From: an uncultured candidate division Zixibacteria bacterium
GTDB taxonomy: Bacteria > Zixibacteria > MSB-5A5 > GN15 > FEB-12
Length of the DNA: 64,000 nucleotides
Assembly (NCBI GenBank): GCA_963806185.1
Contig: CAWDXE010000001.1
Span: forward strand, 128,001-192,000
Direction of reading: 5' to 3'
Part shown: positions 10,352 to 20,200 of the stretch, in pieces
Numbering within the stretch: position 1 is the stretch's first letter
Layout: each line of letters begins with the position of its first letter
Translations under genes and position numbers: made by a program
The notes under the pieces: generated by a model
The model's input: only the letters and a program-made list of their open reading frames with translations
What the model was told of the DNA's origin: nothing
Database searches by the model: none

Positions 10352-10442
10352 GTCCCGGAGACTCGCCTCAAGGGGCACGTTTCCGGCCAATAACTGAATG
10401 ATGCACTTGATAGATGAAAGGAACTCCGGCGGAATCGACCGA

Positions 10443-11027
10443 CTAGTCGTCGGTCCGGTCGGCCAGCAGTTGGGGACAGGAGATAGTAAGCTCTTTGCGC
10501 AGTCGCGCTCGGGCGCGGTGTACATACCAGCGAACAGTCGCCTCGGGCACTCTCATGGTCGCCGCGATATGGTTGATCTCATGCCCTTCGACATCCCGCA
10601 TGTGAAACGCTGACCGCTCTTTCGACGACAACAGCTTCGTCGCCGCCACCACGTGCTTCGCGAGGCGGCGACGATAGTACAACCGGTCGGGCGTCGGCCC
10701 TGAATCGATGAACATTTCTTCGCAGGAGTCGAGCGATTCGTGTGACGTTCGGCGTGACCGCCGAAGCTGATCGATGGCGGCGTTAAGCGTAATGCGATGA
10801 AGCCAGGTGGAAAACTTCCGCTCCGTGTCGTAACGCCAGAAATTCAGCGCCATCTTCAGAAAAACCGTCTGGGCAATATCAGCAGCCTGGTCCGAGTCTC
10901 TGACCACCCGATACGCTACATTCACCACCTGCCGATAGTGCCGGCGTATCAACTCGGCCAGGTGGGCCCGCTGATCCGGTGAAAGGACCGGCCGGGCAGT
11001 CGCCGGGATATCATAGGGGACTGCCAT
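10443..11027 (-). CDS. ECF sigma-70 family RNA polymerase sigma factor
   Basis: Region 2 AADIAQTVF...FSTWLHRITLNAAID; region 4 IAATMRVPEATVRWYVHRARARLR. Confidence 0.9.
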   Translation of the reverse strand: MAVPYDIPATARPVLSPDQRAHLAELIRRHYRQVVNVAYRVVRDSDQAADIAQTVFLKMALNFWRYDTERKFSTWLHRITLNAAIDQLRRSRRTSHESLDSCEEMFIDSGPTPDRLYYRRRLAKHVVAATKLLSSKERSAFHMRDVEGHEINHIAATMRVPEATVRWYVHRARARLRKELTISCPQLLADRTDD

Positions 11028-11179
11028 TGTCGATTCGCCTCCGACAGTTTCTGCTGGACGACAGCTTCGAGCGACCTCCGCTCGATTCCGTTAACATTGG
11101 TAATGTCGCTCGTTATTGTCCTGAATATACGGCACTGGATGACCGGCGCCAAGTCGTTTCTCGTAGCCTGTCCACCAAT

Positions 11180-11205
11180 AAAAAAGCCCGCCGATCGGCG
11201 GGCTT
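11180..11205 (-). terminator. Intrinsic terminator after the M23 gene
   Basis: Perfect hairpin AAGCCCGCCGA/TCGGCGGGCTT with a T-tract on the minus strand. Confidence 0.8.
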
Positions 11206-11223
11206 GATAATACGTCTCGAGGC

Positions 11224-12132
11224 TTACATCTCGTTCAGGATGTAACTCCGGGGGTTCTGTGCCCTACCATTCTTGTAGACTTCATAGTGAAGATGCGGGC
11301 CGGTCGAATATCCGGTCGAACCCATCAACGCGATCTTGTCGCCCCGTTCCACTGACTGGCCCACCCGAACCAGCGCCTTGGACAGGTGCCCGTACCGCGT
11401 CTTCAGACCAAAACCATGATCGATTTCAATCATCATGCCCATCCCGGCGAACGGACCCACATACGCCACTCGGCCGTTGGCCGGTGAGATAACCGTCGTC
11501 CCGGTCTTGTTGGCTATATCCAGACCATTGTGCATCTGCTCGTAACCGGTAAAAGGATCGTACTGCATCCCGAAGCCGCGCGATTGCCAGCCGTCAGTCG
11601 GCCAAATCGACGGGGTATGATCTAATTGACCCTTTAGGTCAGTCAACGAACGCTCGATTTCATTAAACTTCTGGAGTTCGAAATCGGATAGGCGCAACAG
11701 GCGGTCGACTTCGGTTTCCGTCCCGTAGGCCGCCTTTTCGCCCAAACTCAGCGCATTATAGTTGGTCGGACCGGGACCACCAACACCCAGCTGGCGCTCA
11801 CCCTGGTTGATTTCCGGAAGCTTGAAGATGCCGCGTATGGCAATCTCCTTGTTCACCAAATCGACCAGTCGCGAATCTAGGGTGGTTATCTCGGACTTGA
11901 ACTGATCATACTTGTCGGCCAGCGACTTATTCTCCGCCTTGAGCGTCTGCAATTCCTTGTCAGCCACTCGGTTCGTGAAAAATTCGGCGGCCATGTAGAA
12001 AGTCGACAGGAGCGACAGTACAATCACGATTCCCACGGCATAAAACGCCGCAATCGGAATCTTCAATTCCCTGGCGACTTGAGTACAATCCGGTACTATG
12101 ATAAATGTTATTCTCTTCTTCAATCTTTTCAT
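11224..12132 (-). CDS. M23 family metallopeptidase (TM anchor, coiled coil, LytM domain)
   Basis: HNGLD and STGPHLHYEV zinc motifs; probable start ATG 12132 (MKRLKKRITF). Confidence 0.92.
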   Translation of the reverse strand: MKRLKKRITFIIVPDCTQVARELKIPIAAFYAVGIVIVLSLLSTFYMAAEFFTNRVADKELQTLKAENKSLADKYDQFKSEITTLDSRLVDLVNKEIAIRGIFKLPEINQGERQLGVGGPGPTNYNALSLGEKAAYGTETEVDRLLRLSDFELQKFNEIERSLTDLKGQLDHTPSIWPTDGWQSRGFGMQYDPFTGYEQMHNGLDIANKTGTTVISPANGRVAYVGPFAGMGMMIEIDHGFGLKTRYGHLSKALVRVGQSVERGDKIALMGSTGYSTGPHLHYEVYKNGRAQNPRSYILNEM

Positions 12133-12266
12133 AGGTAGAACGTCCCGTATCTCCTGTTGTGATAACCTCATAGCGAGGTTCGCCCATCCTGGCGGGCACC
12201 TGAAAGCACAGAAGGTAGGAGCCTGGGAGGCTGCTGTCAAGCTTAAAAGGGATGCTTTTCCGAGAG

Positions 12267-12407
12267 CTACTTCACCAACATGTACTCGCGCTTGAGCACT
12301 TTGTTGACGATCTTCACCAGCTTGTCAGACTCCAGGTTCTGCAGACTGTACAGATGCCAGTAGGTTTTACGCGGCAGCGATACTTCCTTCTTCTTTCTGT
12401 CCGTCAT
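12267..12407 (-). CDS. Small basic 46-aa protein, not in the ORF track
   Basis: MTDRKKKEVSLPRKTYWHLYSLQNLESDKLVKIVNKVLKREYMLVK; SD GAAAGGA; G/C-ending codons; upstream sigma-28-like box. Confidence 0.65.
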   Translation of the reverse strand: MTDRKKKEVSLPRKTYWHLYSLQNLESDKLVKIVNKVLKREYMLVK

Positions 12408-12467
12408 GGCCGTTCCTTTCGTCCGTTTCATCAGCCCGAGAGGTGTCGGCCGTTGCCTATACCAAAT

Positions 12468-12494
12468 CTATCGGGCCACCAAAGAAAACCTTAA
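12468..12494 (-). promoter_or_regulatory. Sigma-28-like promoter upstream of the 46-aa ORF
   Basis: Minus strand TTAA-N15-CCCGATAG; second box TCAA-N15-GACGATAA at 12727-12753. Confidence 0.45.
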
Positions 12495-12810
12495 CCGACA
12501 GATCGCCTTATTGCACATCACGTGCCCGCGTAGAACATTCTGCCCTCCGCTCACACAATAATTGTTATGATGTTGTAGGACAACAATTTGCTTGCACGCC
12601 CGCCCGGCCAAACAGACGAAAGTTCTGCATAAATGGTGCAGCGGCCATAAGTTAGGCCATAGTTGCTGCTCATCGGCTGAGCAGTTGCCCAACACCTGGA
12701 CACCAACCGTCTTGCCGCTCCGTGACTTATCGTCCCGGCTTTGTGGCAATTGACAGACCTTTCCCCCCGCCGTACTTTGTCCCTTCACCTTTTTTGAGAA
12801 GGAATAATTC

Positions 12811-13572
12811 GTGACCCTCACCAATAAGATCGTCCTCGTCACTGGTGCATCGTCCGGTATCGGCGAGGCCTGCGCTCGCAAATTTGCCGAATCCGGCGCC
12901 AAAGTCATCATGGTCGCTCGCCGAATTGACCGCCTCCAGAAACTGGCCAAAGCACTCTCCACACCTACCCACGTGGGGAAGCTCGATGTCCGCAATCGGG
13001 CGGAGGTTGAGAAATTTGTCGGGAGTTTACCGGACGATTGGCGATCAATCGATATCCTGGTGAACAACGCCGGCCTGAGTCGCGACCTGAAGAAAGTCCA
13101 GGAGGCCAATGTCGACGGCTGGGACGAGATGATCGACACCAACGTCAAGGGCCTGCTCTACGTCACCCGGGCCGTCCTTCCCGGCATGATTCAGCGCAAC
13201 CAGGGACATATCATTAATATTGGCTCGATTGCCGGTACCGACGTCTACCCCGGCGGCCACGTCTACTGCGCCACCAAGTTTGCCGTCCATGCCCTGACTC
13301 GGGGGATCATGATGGACGTGGTCGATACGCCCATCCGCGTTTCAAGCGTCGACCCCGGCCTTGTCGAGACCGAGTTTTCTGAGGTTCGCTTTTGGGGGAA
13401 AGAAACCGACCGGGCGAAAAACGTCTATAAAGGGTACATGCCGTTGACCGGCGATGATATCGCCGACGCGGTTGTCTGGACGGCCACTCGTCCGGCTCAC
13501 GTTCAGGTCGCCCAACTGGTGATCCTCCCCACTGCCCAGGCTGGCGCCATGGTCGTGCACAAGAATCTGTAG
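12811..13572 (+). CDS. SDR family NADP-dependent oxidoreductase (YdfG-like)
   Basis: TGASSGIG, VARR, LVNNAG, catalytic S...YCATK; promoter TTGACA-N17-TACTTT at 12750-12778. Confidence 0.93.
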   Translation: MTLTNKIVLVTGASSGIGEACARKFAESGAKVIMVARRIDRLQKLAKALSTPTHVGKLDVRNRAEVEKFVGSLPDDWRSIDILVNNAGLSRDLKKVQEANVDGWDEMIDTNVKGLLYVTRAVLPGMIQRNQGHIINIGSIAGTDVYPGGHVYCATKFAVHALTRGIMMDVVDTPIRVSSVDPGLVETEFSEVRFWGKETDRAKNVYKGYMPLTGDDIADAVVWTATRPAHVQVAQLVILPTAQAGAMVVHKNL

Positions 13573-13631
13573 GTCAAAACCCTTGTGGGTTTGACCTATT
13601 CTCGGCAATTGACTTTGACCTAGTCCTCCGC

Positions 13632-13761
13632 GTAGGTCAGGCTTCCTTTTCCATTTGAACAAGAAGCCTGACACGCAGAGACTCATTGTACGCTGGCGCA
13701 CGAGACGTACGCCCTCCAAAGTACCTTCTCCGTCGCACTGACCGAAGTCGAAGTGCGACGA
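13632..13761. repeat. 130-bp composite palindromic repeat, copy A
   Basis: GTAG + GTCAGGCTTC/GAAGCCTGAC hairpin, then GTCGCAC-TGACCGAAGTCGAA-GTGCGAC hairpin; direct repeat of 15014-15143. Confidence 0.9.
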
Positions 13762-13954
13762 CGCCACGTCTCCAAGCCTCACCCCCGCCTTGAGCGGGTG
13801 CCCATTCCTCCGTCCATGCGCAAACTTCAGATTAACAGAGTCGACCGGAATCGGCCGCGTACGATATCTCCTATCTTCAAGATTCCCAATTGCCTGAGCC
13901 GGTGAATTTCACCTATACTAACTCTATAAATTCGCCAACTGAGTCCAATATGAG

Positions 13955-14965
13955 GTGTTCGTGAAGATCACGAGAAGCCTTGGATCAACACTGGCCCTGC
14001 TGGTCATAGTCCCATTGGTCGTTTGGCTCCTTGAGTTCATGTCGACTGATCCGCGAAGCCCTCTGCGGAAGTCGGTGCCACACTTCCGCATCTATTTTAC
14101 AGAATCGTGGAATCATCTCGATACCCTGAAGGTAGCCCATGTTTTCGATAGCGAATTGGGCAAAGTGGCTGACGTACCGTATGACGCCACGCTCACACAT
14201 CAATATCAAGTGGACAATGCCAGGGCGGTCAACAAACGGCTATTCACGAATTTCTGGGATAACGATATACCGTTTCATTTCTGTAACGATTTGTCGCCCT
14301 TGATCCCTTCGCCGACATCGCCGAGTCGTACACCGATAGAGGGATTCATCGAGGACTGTTACAAGCAAGATGGATTGCTCGCCATAATTCTGTACATTTC
14401 ACCGTGGCTCAAGGAGGATTCGTCAGCCCCGGGATTTCAGACCTATATGAATCGCCGTGGAGCGTTGCTGGTGCATTACGCTCAAGAAGATACGGTTGTC
14501 CTCGTGGACAGCATATCCATCGTGGAGGGTTCCGATTCGCTTAACTCCGTCTCACTCTCCGGGACTTTCGCTCGAGACGGGAGACAACTCTATTACCGAC
14601 GGCAAAATCAGGCCCGGGCATATGATTTGCGGATGCATCAACGGGTTGACATCCCTGGCCTCCGCAAACTGCTCGTACCACTCAACGATGATCGCCTCTT
14701 GGGGATCTCGACGAACGGCAAACAATTGTGCCTGCTGGACAGCGCGCTGCTCGTGGAATCCTCTATGGATATTCCGCGCGACAACGTGGATTGTATGGCA
14801 CGAGTAACGGATAAGCTGTACATAGTCTCGTTCCCGGTCCATCGCAATGGGTTTGAGAAGTTTGCGGACACTGACATATGCCTCTGCAACTTTGCAACGA
14901 ATACCTGCAAGCTGCTGATATCCGCTCCCCTCTCGAAAATTCTGGAGGTGAGTGTAGCGCCATAG
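13955..14965 (+). CDS. Hypothetical membrane-anchored protein (orphan)
   Basis: 336-aa ORF, N-terminal hydrophobic helix, beta-rich C-terminus, AT-richer, between two direct repeats. Confidence 0.7.
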   Translation: MFVKITRSLGSTLALLVIVPLVVWLLEFMSTDPRSPLRKSVPHFRIYFTESWNHLDTLKVAHVFDSELGKVADVPYDATLTHQYQVDNARAVNKRLFTNFWDNDIPFHFCNDLSPLIPSPTSPSRTPIEGFIEDCYKQDGLLAIILYISPWLKEDSSAPGFQTYMNRRGALLVHYAQEDTVVLVDSISIVEGSDSLNSVSLSGTFARDGRQLYYRRQNQARAYDLRMHQRVDIPGLRKLLVPLNDDRLLGISTNGKQLCLLDSALLVESSMDIPRDNVDCMARVTDKLYIVSFPVHRNGFEKFADTDICLCNFATNTCKLLISAPLSKILEVSVAP

Positions 14966-15013
14966 GTCGGGTTCCGGAGCGAGCCCTGCTCGCGGAGAAA
15001 CCCGACATCTCAA

Positions 15014-15143
15014 GTAGGTCAGGCTTCCATTTCAATTTGAACAAGAAGCCTGACATGTAGTGATTACCTATCGGCCGACGCTATAGACGTACGCCATCCA
15101 AAGTACCTTCTCCGTCGCACTGAGCGAAGTCGAAGTGCGACGA
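15014..15143. repeat. 130-bp composite palindromic repeat, copy B
   Basis: Same length as copy A; 2 mismatches in the first 42 nt, 2 in the last 59 nt, diverged 29-nt middle. Confidence 0.9.
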
Positions 15144-15224
15144 TCCTTTCGCCCCCCCTTGCGCCCACAGCCCCCCTCTCCTATCTTCCCTTTTTCACTC
15201 GAATCCAAACGAAGGAATCGCCCC

Positions 15225-16052
15225 ATGTCCCGTGCACTACCGTTCATTTCGCTCATCTGTCTCGCGGCTACTCTATCCGCCCAACCTAACGATAAACCGC
15301 TCCTCATCCTCTACGCCTTTCCCGCCGAGGGTGTCGAGCTGTCTCAGCAGATGACCGTCACCCAAACCGATACGCTCCTCGGTCACGCCGTCTGGTTCGG
15401 CCAACTGTCGGGCAAGAAAGTGATCGTCGCCGAATCGGGCGTCGGCATGACCAACGCCGCCATGACCACGCAATTCCTAATCGACAAATTCTCTCCGCGT
15501 GGCTTGCTCTTCACCGGCATCGCCGGCGCCATCGACACGTCCGTTCACGTGGGCGATATTGCTGTCTGTCGGCGGTGGGCAACGCATGACTTCGTCTATG
15601 CCGGCCCCGACAAAACCGTCAAGGAGCCGCTCGAGACGTATGTCGCCGCCAGCGATTCCATCGTGGAAACCATGTTCTTTCAGGTCGACAGCACATACTT
15701 CACGATCGCCACAAAAGTCAGTACAGAGCAGCTTCCATTCATGAGCATCGGTGACCGCAAACCGAAGGTGATAGTCAACAGCAACGGGGTCAGCGGCAAT
15801 GCCTTCATCGACAACGCTGACAAACGCAATTGGCTGCACACCGAATTCGATGCCCAGATAACCGACATGGAATCGGCTGCGGTGGCGCAGGTCTGCACGG
15901 CGAACGGCGTGCCGTATATCATCTTTCGCTCATCGTCGGATCTGGCGGGTGGCTCGAAGAAGGAAACGGCCAAGGAGCAGCTGAAGCGTTTCTTCGAGGT
16001 CGCCGCTTTCAACTCCGCCACGCTGGTGAAGGCGTTTGTGGGGAAAATGTAG
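15225..16052 (+). CDS. mtnN: MTA/SAH nucleosidase (PNP/UDP family) with signal peptide
   Basis: SGVGMTNAA, FTGIAGA, TDMESAAVAQV, FRSSSDLAG; signal peptide MSRALPFISLICLAATLSA; SD AAGGA. Confidence 0.85.
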   Translation: MSRALPFISLICLAATLSAQPNDKPLLILYAFPAEGVELSQQMTVTQTDTLLGHAVWFGQLSGKKVIVAESGVGMTNAAMTTQFLIDKFSPRGLLFTGIAGAIDTSVHVGDIAVCRRWATHDFVYAGPDKTVKEPLETYVAASDSIVETMFFQVDSTYFTIATKVSTEQLPFMSIGDRKPKVIVNSNGVSGNAFIDNADKRNWLHTEFDAQITDMESAAVAQVCTANGVPYIIFRSSSDLAGGSKKETAKEQLKRFFEVAAFNSATLVKAFVGKM

Positions 16053-16317
16053 GTTTGGCTTGCCCGGCTGTTTGCCGGCCCGCAATCCCCAACTGCCACA
16101 CACCAACACTCATTGCGAGGAGTTCGCCGAAGGCGGACGACGCGGCAATCTCAAACCATCCGATGAATACCGAGTGTGCGCCATCGCTCAAATCAATCAA
16201 TGTCGAAATCGTCGGGCTGAGCGAGGTCGAAGCCAAATTGACTGCCGGCTGGCGCACGAGACCTACGCCAGCAACCGAATCACCCTGCTTCTGGCTACCC
16301 GCTTTCGCGGGTATGAC
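16049..16317. repeat. Stack of five different REP-like palindromes
   Basis: GTAG-led element 16049-16093; TCATTGCGAGGAG..GCAATCTC 16110-16152; GGCTGAGCGAGGTCGAAGCC 16215-16234; GCTGGCGCACGAGACCTACGCCAGC 16248-16272; CTGGCTACCCGCTTTCGCGGGTATGAC 16291-16317. Confidence 0.75.
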
Positions 16318-16416
16318 ATTGATGCAGAACCCAGGCATGGGTTTTGCGCTCCCCCCCAACCTCTTTCCCCACTTTTCCTTGCGCCAAAAATCGACCTCGG
16401 GCGTATATTATGTATT

Positions 16417-17157
16417 ATGCTCACTCTTCGCCTGACACCCCTCACCGTCATTTTGCTCGTTTGGGCTACCTCAGCGTTTGCCCAGGTCAACGTCACCCCC
16501 GTCCCGCGCAACAGGGCCATACCAGTCAACAGGTTACAACAGGATCAGGCCAATCCCAATCCTTCCTCCATCAAGGTCGCCCGCCTTCACTACTCCGGCG
16601 GCGGCGACTGGTACTGGGGAAGCTCCGCCATTCCCAACTTCCTTGCGTATATCAGGTCCAGTACCGACTTCCCGGTCGACACCCTCGAAAAGACCGTCAC
16701 GCTCACCGACCCCGACCTGTTCAAGTATCCATTCCTCTTCGCCACCGGTCACGGCGTGATGAGCTTCACCCCCGAGGAAAAGGAACGCCTCCGCACCTAT
16801 CTCGGCGCCGGCGGCTTCCTCTTCGTCAACGATTCGTACGGCATGAAAGAAACGTTCCTCAAGGAAATGGCGCAGATCTTCCCCGAACGTCAGGTCACCG
16901 AACTCCCCTTCGATCACCCGATCTACCACTCATTTTATCATTTCCCCGGCGGCCCGCCCAAGATTCATGAACATGACAACAAACCGCCCCGGGGGTATGC
17001 CGTGATCGTCAACGGACGCGTGGTCGTCTACTTCCTTGTGGAATCGGACATCGGCGACGGTTGGGAGGATCCGCAGGTGCACAACGATCCACCCGAAAAA
17101 CGGCAGGAAGCCCTCAAGATGGGGGTTAACCTTCTCACCTACGCTTTGTTATATTGA
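16417..17157 (+). CDS. DUF4159 domain-containing exported protein
   Basis: ARLHYSGGGDWY, YPFLFATGHG, YLGAGGFLFVND, DHPIY, PKIHEHD, DIGDGWED; signal peptide. Confidence 0.88.
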   Translation: MLTLRLTPLTVILLVWATSAFAQVNVTPVPRNRAIPVNRLQQDQANPNPSSIKVARLHYSGGGDWYWGSSAIPNFLAYIRSSTDFPVDTLEKTVTLTDPDLFKYPFLFATGHGVMSFTPEEKERLRTYLGAGGFLFVNDSYGMKETFLKEMAQIFPERQVTELPFDHPIYHSFYHFPGGPPKIHEHDNKPPRGYAVIVNGRVVVYFLVESDIGDGWEDPQVHNDPPEKRQEALKMGVNLLTYALLY

Positions 17158-17184
17158 AGTACCCACGCTGAACTACTCGCGCGA

Positions 17185-17211
17185 TAGAGACTACCGGCAA
17201 TCGGCCGATAA
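17185..17211 (+). promoter_or_regulatory. Sigma-28-like promoter
   Basis: TAGA-N15-GCCGATAA before SD AGAGGA and ATG 17231. Confidence 0.5.
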
Positions 17212-17230
17212 TTGACAGAGGAAATCGATT

Positions 17231-20200
17231 ATGACCCGGAACGATACAAGCACTCAATTGATCGAAAGACTGCGCTCGGTCCTCGTCCGTCAGCGTCTGG
17301 TGATGTTCGCCGCCGGTACGCTCTGACGACCATTGCCGCGCTCATCGGCGCCTGGATTCTGCTTTCGCTTCTGGCGAATGTCATGGTCCTTCCGGTCTGG
17401 TTCAAGATCATCATCCTGCTTGCCGTCGCCGCGTCCGCAGTCTACCTCTTCGGCAGGTTTGCGATCCGTCGTCTTTTCGACGGCGACATCGATCAAGTAG
17501 CCGTCGGTCTCGAACAGAAGCACGCCGACCTCAAGGGACGTCTCATCGCCGCGATCCAATTCTCCCGCATGCCCAAGCCGGAAGGATTCTCGCAGGAACT
17601 GATCGACTACACCGAACGCCAGGCCTACGAACGCACCGCCCATGTCGATTTCAACGAAATCGTCACCTTCAATCCGGTGCTCAAAACCTCGCGCTACTTC
17701 GCGGTCTCGGCAGTCATTGCTGTCGCGATGTTGCTCCTGTTCCCCGGCCTGTTCAGCTATTCGTACAAAGTGTATTCCAATCCGACCACCGAGGTCGCCC
17801 CACCGCTCGGCTACTCGCTGACCGCCGTGCCCGGTGCCACCGAGTGGGTGAAATATCGCGATATCCAGATCGGCGGTCTGCTTACCGGCCGCAATTTGCC
17901 GGCCACGGCCGACGTATACCATCGCTTTGCCGGCGGCAACTGGCAGAAGACCCGTCTCGATCTCACCGCACAAAAACCATCACCTGCGTCCATGGGCGAC
18001 TCCCTGCCATTCGGCCTGACCCTTCGCCAGGTTGCCAAGTCGTTCGACTACTATGTCGAGGCCGGCGATCTCAAAACCGAGGTTCAGAAAATCGACGTGG
18101 TCGATCGCCCCCGCATCACCGGCATCGCGCTCAACATTTTCTACCCCGACTACACCGGCCTGAAGCCGCAGACCATCGACGAAAACAACGGCTCCTTCTC
18201 CGCCGTCGTCGGCAGCCGAGTCAATATGAAGATCGAAGCGAATTTGCCCGTGCAGAAAGCCGAACTTGTTTTCGACGACTCCAGCCGTACGCCGATTGAA
18301 GTCAACAGCAAGACTGGCGACGTCTCCCTGCGAGTCGACAAATCGCGCGGTTACTACATTCACCTGGTCGATCACCTCGGCGAATTCAATCCCGATCCGA
18401 TCCAGTACTACATTACCGCCGTCCCCGACGAGTATCCCTCCATCGACGTTGTCCGCCCCGGTTTCGACGCCAATTTAACCGACGAGATGATTCTCCCGCT
18501 CAAAGTGCGCATTCTCGACGATTACGGTTTCACATCGCTCGTCATGAAATACACCATCACCTCTCGGGGGACAACCTCTCAGGAGAATGTCGCCATCCTC
18601 CATTTCTCCGATAAGATCAAGACTGAGGGCGACGTCGAATTCAACTGGGACATGGACAAGCTGAATCTCTACCCCGGCGATTTTGTCACGTACCAGTTCG
18701 AGATCGCCGACAACGACCGGATCACCGGCCCCAAGGTCACCAAGTCCCGGCCGTTCATCGCCCGCCTCCCCTCGCTCGACGAAATCATCACCGAGCAGCA
18801 GCAGGAGGGCGAGGTCCGTATCGCCAAGACTGAGGATGTCATCAAGTCGGGCCAGGATCTTGTCCAGCGCCTGAAGCAGATTTCGCGCAAGATCGACGCG
18901 CAGTCGAAAACTTCTCAAACGACCGATTGGCAACAACAGAAGGAGATCGAGTCGCTGGCGGAAAAGAATCAGGAGATGATGCGTCAACTTGAACAATTGT
19001 CCCAGCAGATGGACTCCAGCGTCCAGAAAATGCAGGACAATGCTCTGACCAGCCGTGAAATCATGGAGAAGATGCAGCAGATCCAGAAGCTGTTTGAGGA
19101 AGTCGCCAGTCCGGAAATGCGCGAAGCACAGAAGAAACTGATGGAAGCCCTGCAGAAGATGGATCGCCAGCAGCTTCAGGAAGCTATGAAGAAATTCGAA
19201 ATGTCGCAGAAAGAACTGCTCGACCGTCTCGAACGCACCCTCGCCCTGCTCAAAAAAATGCAGCTCGAACAGAAGATGGAAGCGATGATTCGCAAAGCCG
19301 AGGAACTGGCCCGCCGCCAGGAGCAGATGAACCAGAAGGCTGACGCGTCAAAATCCAATCTACTGCCGTCAATGAGTAAGCAGGAAGATGAGATCAAGCA
19401 GGGGCTCGACGAACTGAAGAAGGAAATCGCTGACCTGGACAAACTCGCCGAAGAAGCGAAAATGAAAGACTCGCCCGAAGCGCAGAAATTCGCCGAGGCC
19501 GTCAAGAAGACCGACGCCGACCAGGATATGAGCAACATGTCCCAATCGTTGCAGAAACAGCAGAAAGACTCGGCCTCGAAGGAAGGCAAGTCGGCTCACT
19601 CCAAGCTCCTCAAAATGATCGATGAAATGCAGACCCAGCAAATGGCCATGCAGGGCGGCGACAGCGAGAAAATCCGCCAGGCGATGCGCCGCGCCATCGA
19701 CGATGCCAACACGCTTTCGCAGAATCAGGAAGACTTGATGAAAGAAGCGGGTACCATGGATCAGAAGTCGCTTGTCCTGCACGACATGGCCGCCTCGGAA
19801 CAGGACATCCTCTCGGCCGCCGCCGGCCTGAAAAATACCATCGATCAGCTCGGCAAACAGTCTCCGTTCATCGCGGCCGAACTCAATCAGCTGCTCAATC
19901 AGGCCGCGCAGAATATGGATATGGCCACCCAGCAGTTTGAGGCCAAAAACGGCGTCGCCGCCTCCACTCATCAGCGCGAAGCCATGGTCAATCTCAATAA
20001 AGCCTCCACTCGCCTGCTCGAATCGCTCGACGCCCAGAAGCAATGCGACAAGGGCGGCGCCTGCAACAAGCCGATGGCTAGTCTCGAATCGCTCAGCCAA
20101 CGGCAAAAGCAACTCAACCAGAAAACCTCCGGCCAATGCAACAATCCCCAGGAGGGTCCCGGCGGCAAACCGTTTATGGGTGATGAGGCCTCCGGCGGCC

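Noticed and set aside
13570..16317. CRISPR array or integron cassette array
   Set aside because: Only two long repeats 1.4 kb apart, no regular spacers, no cas or intI gene, no RYYYAAC...GTTRRRY attC ends
16036..16416. N-terminal extensions of the DUF4159 and mtnN ORFs, and ORFs 15830..16435 / 16009..16359
   Set aside because: They translate palindromic repeat DNA; signal peptides start at 16417 and 15225
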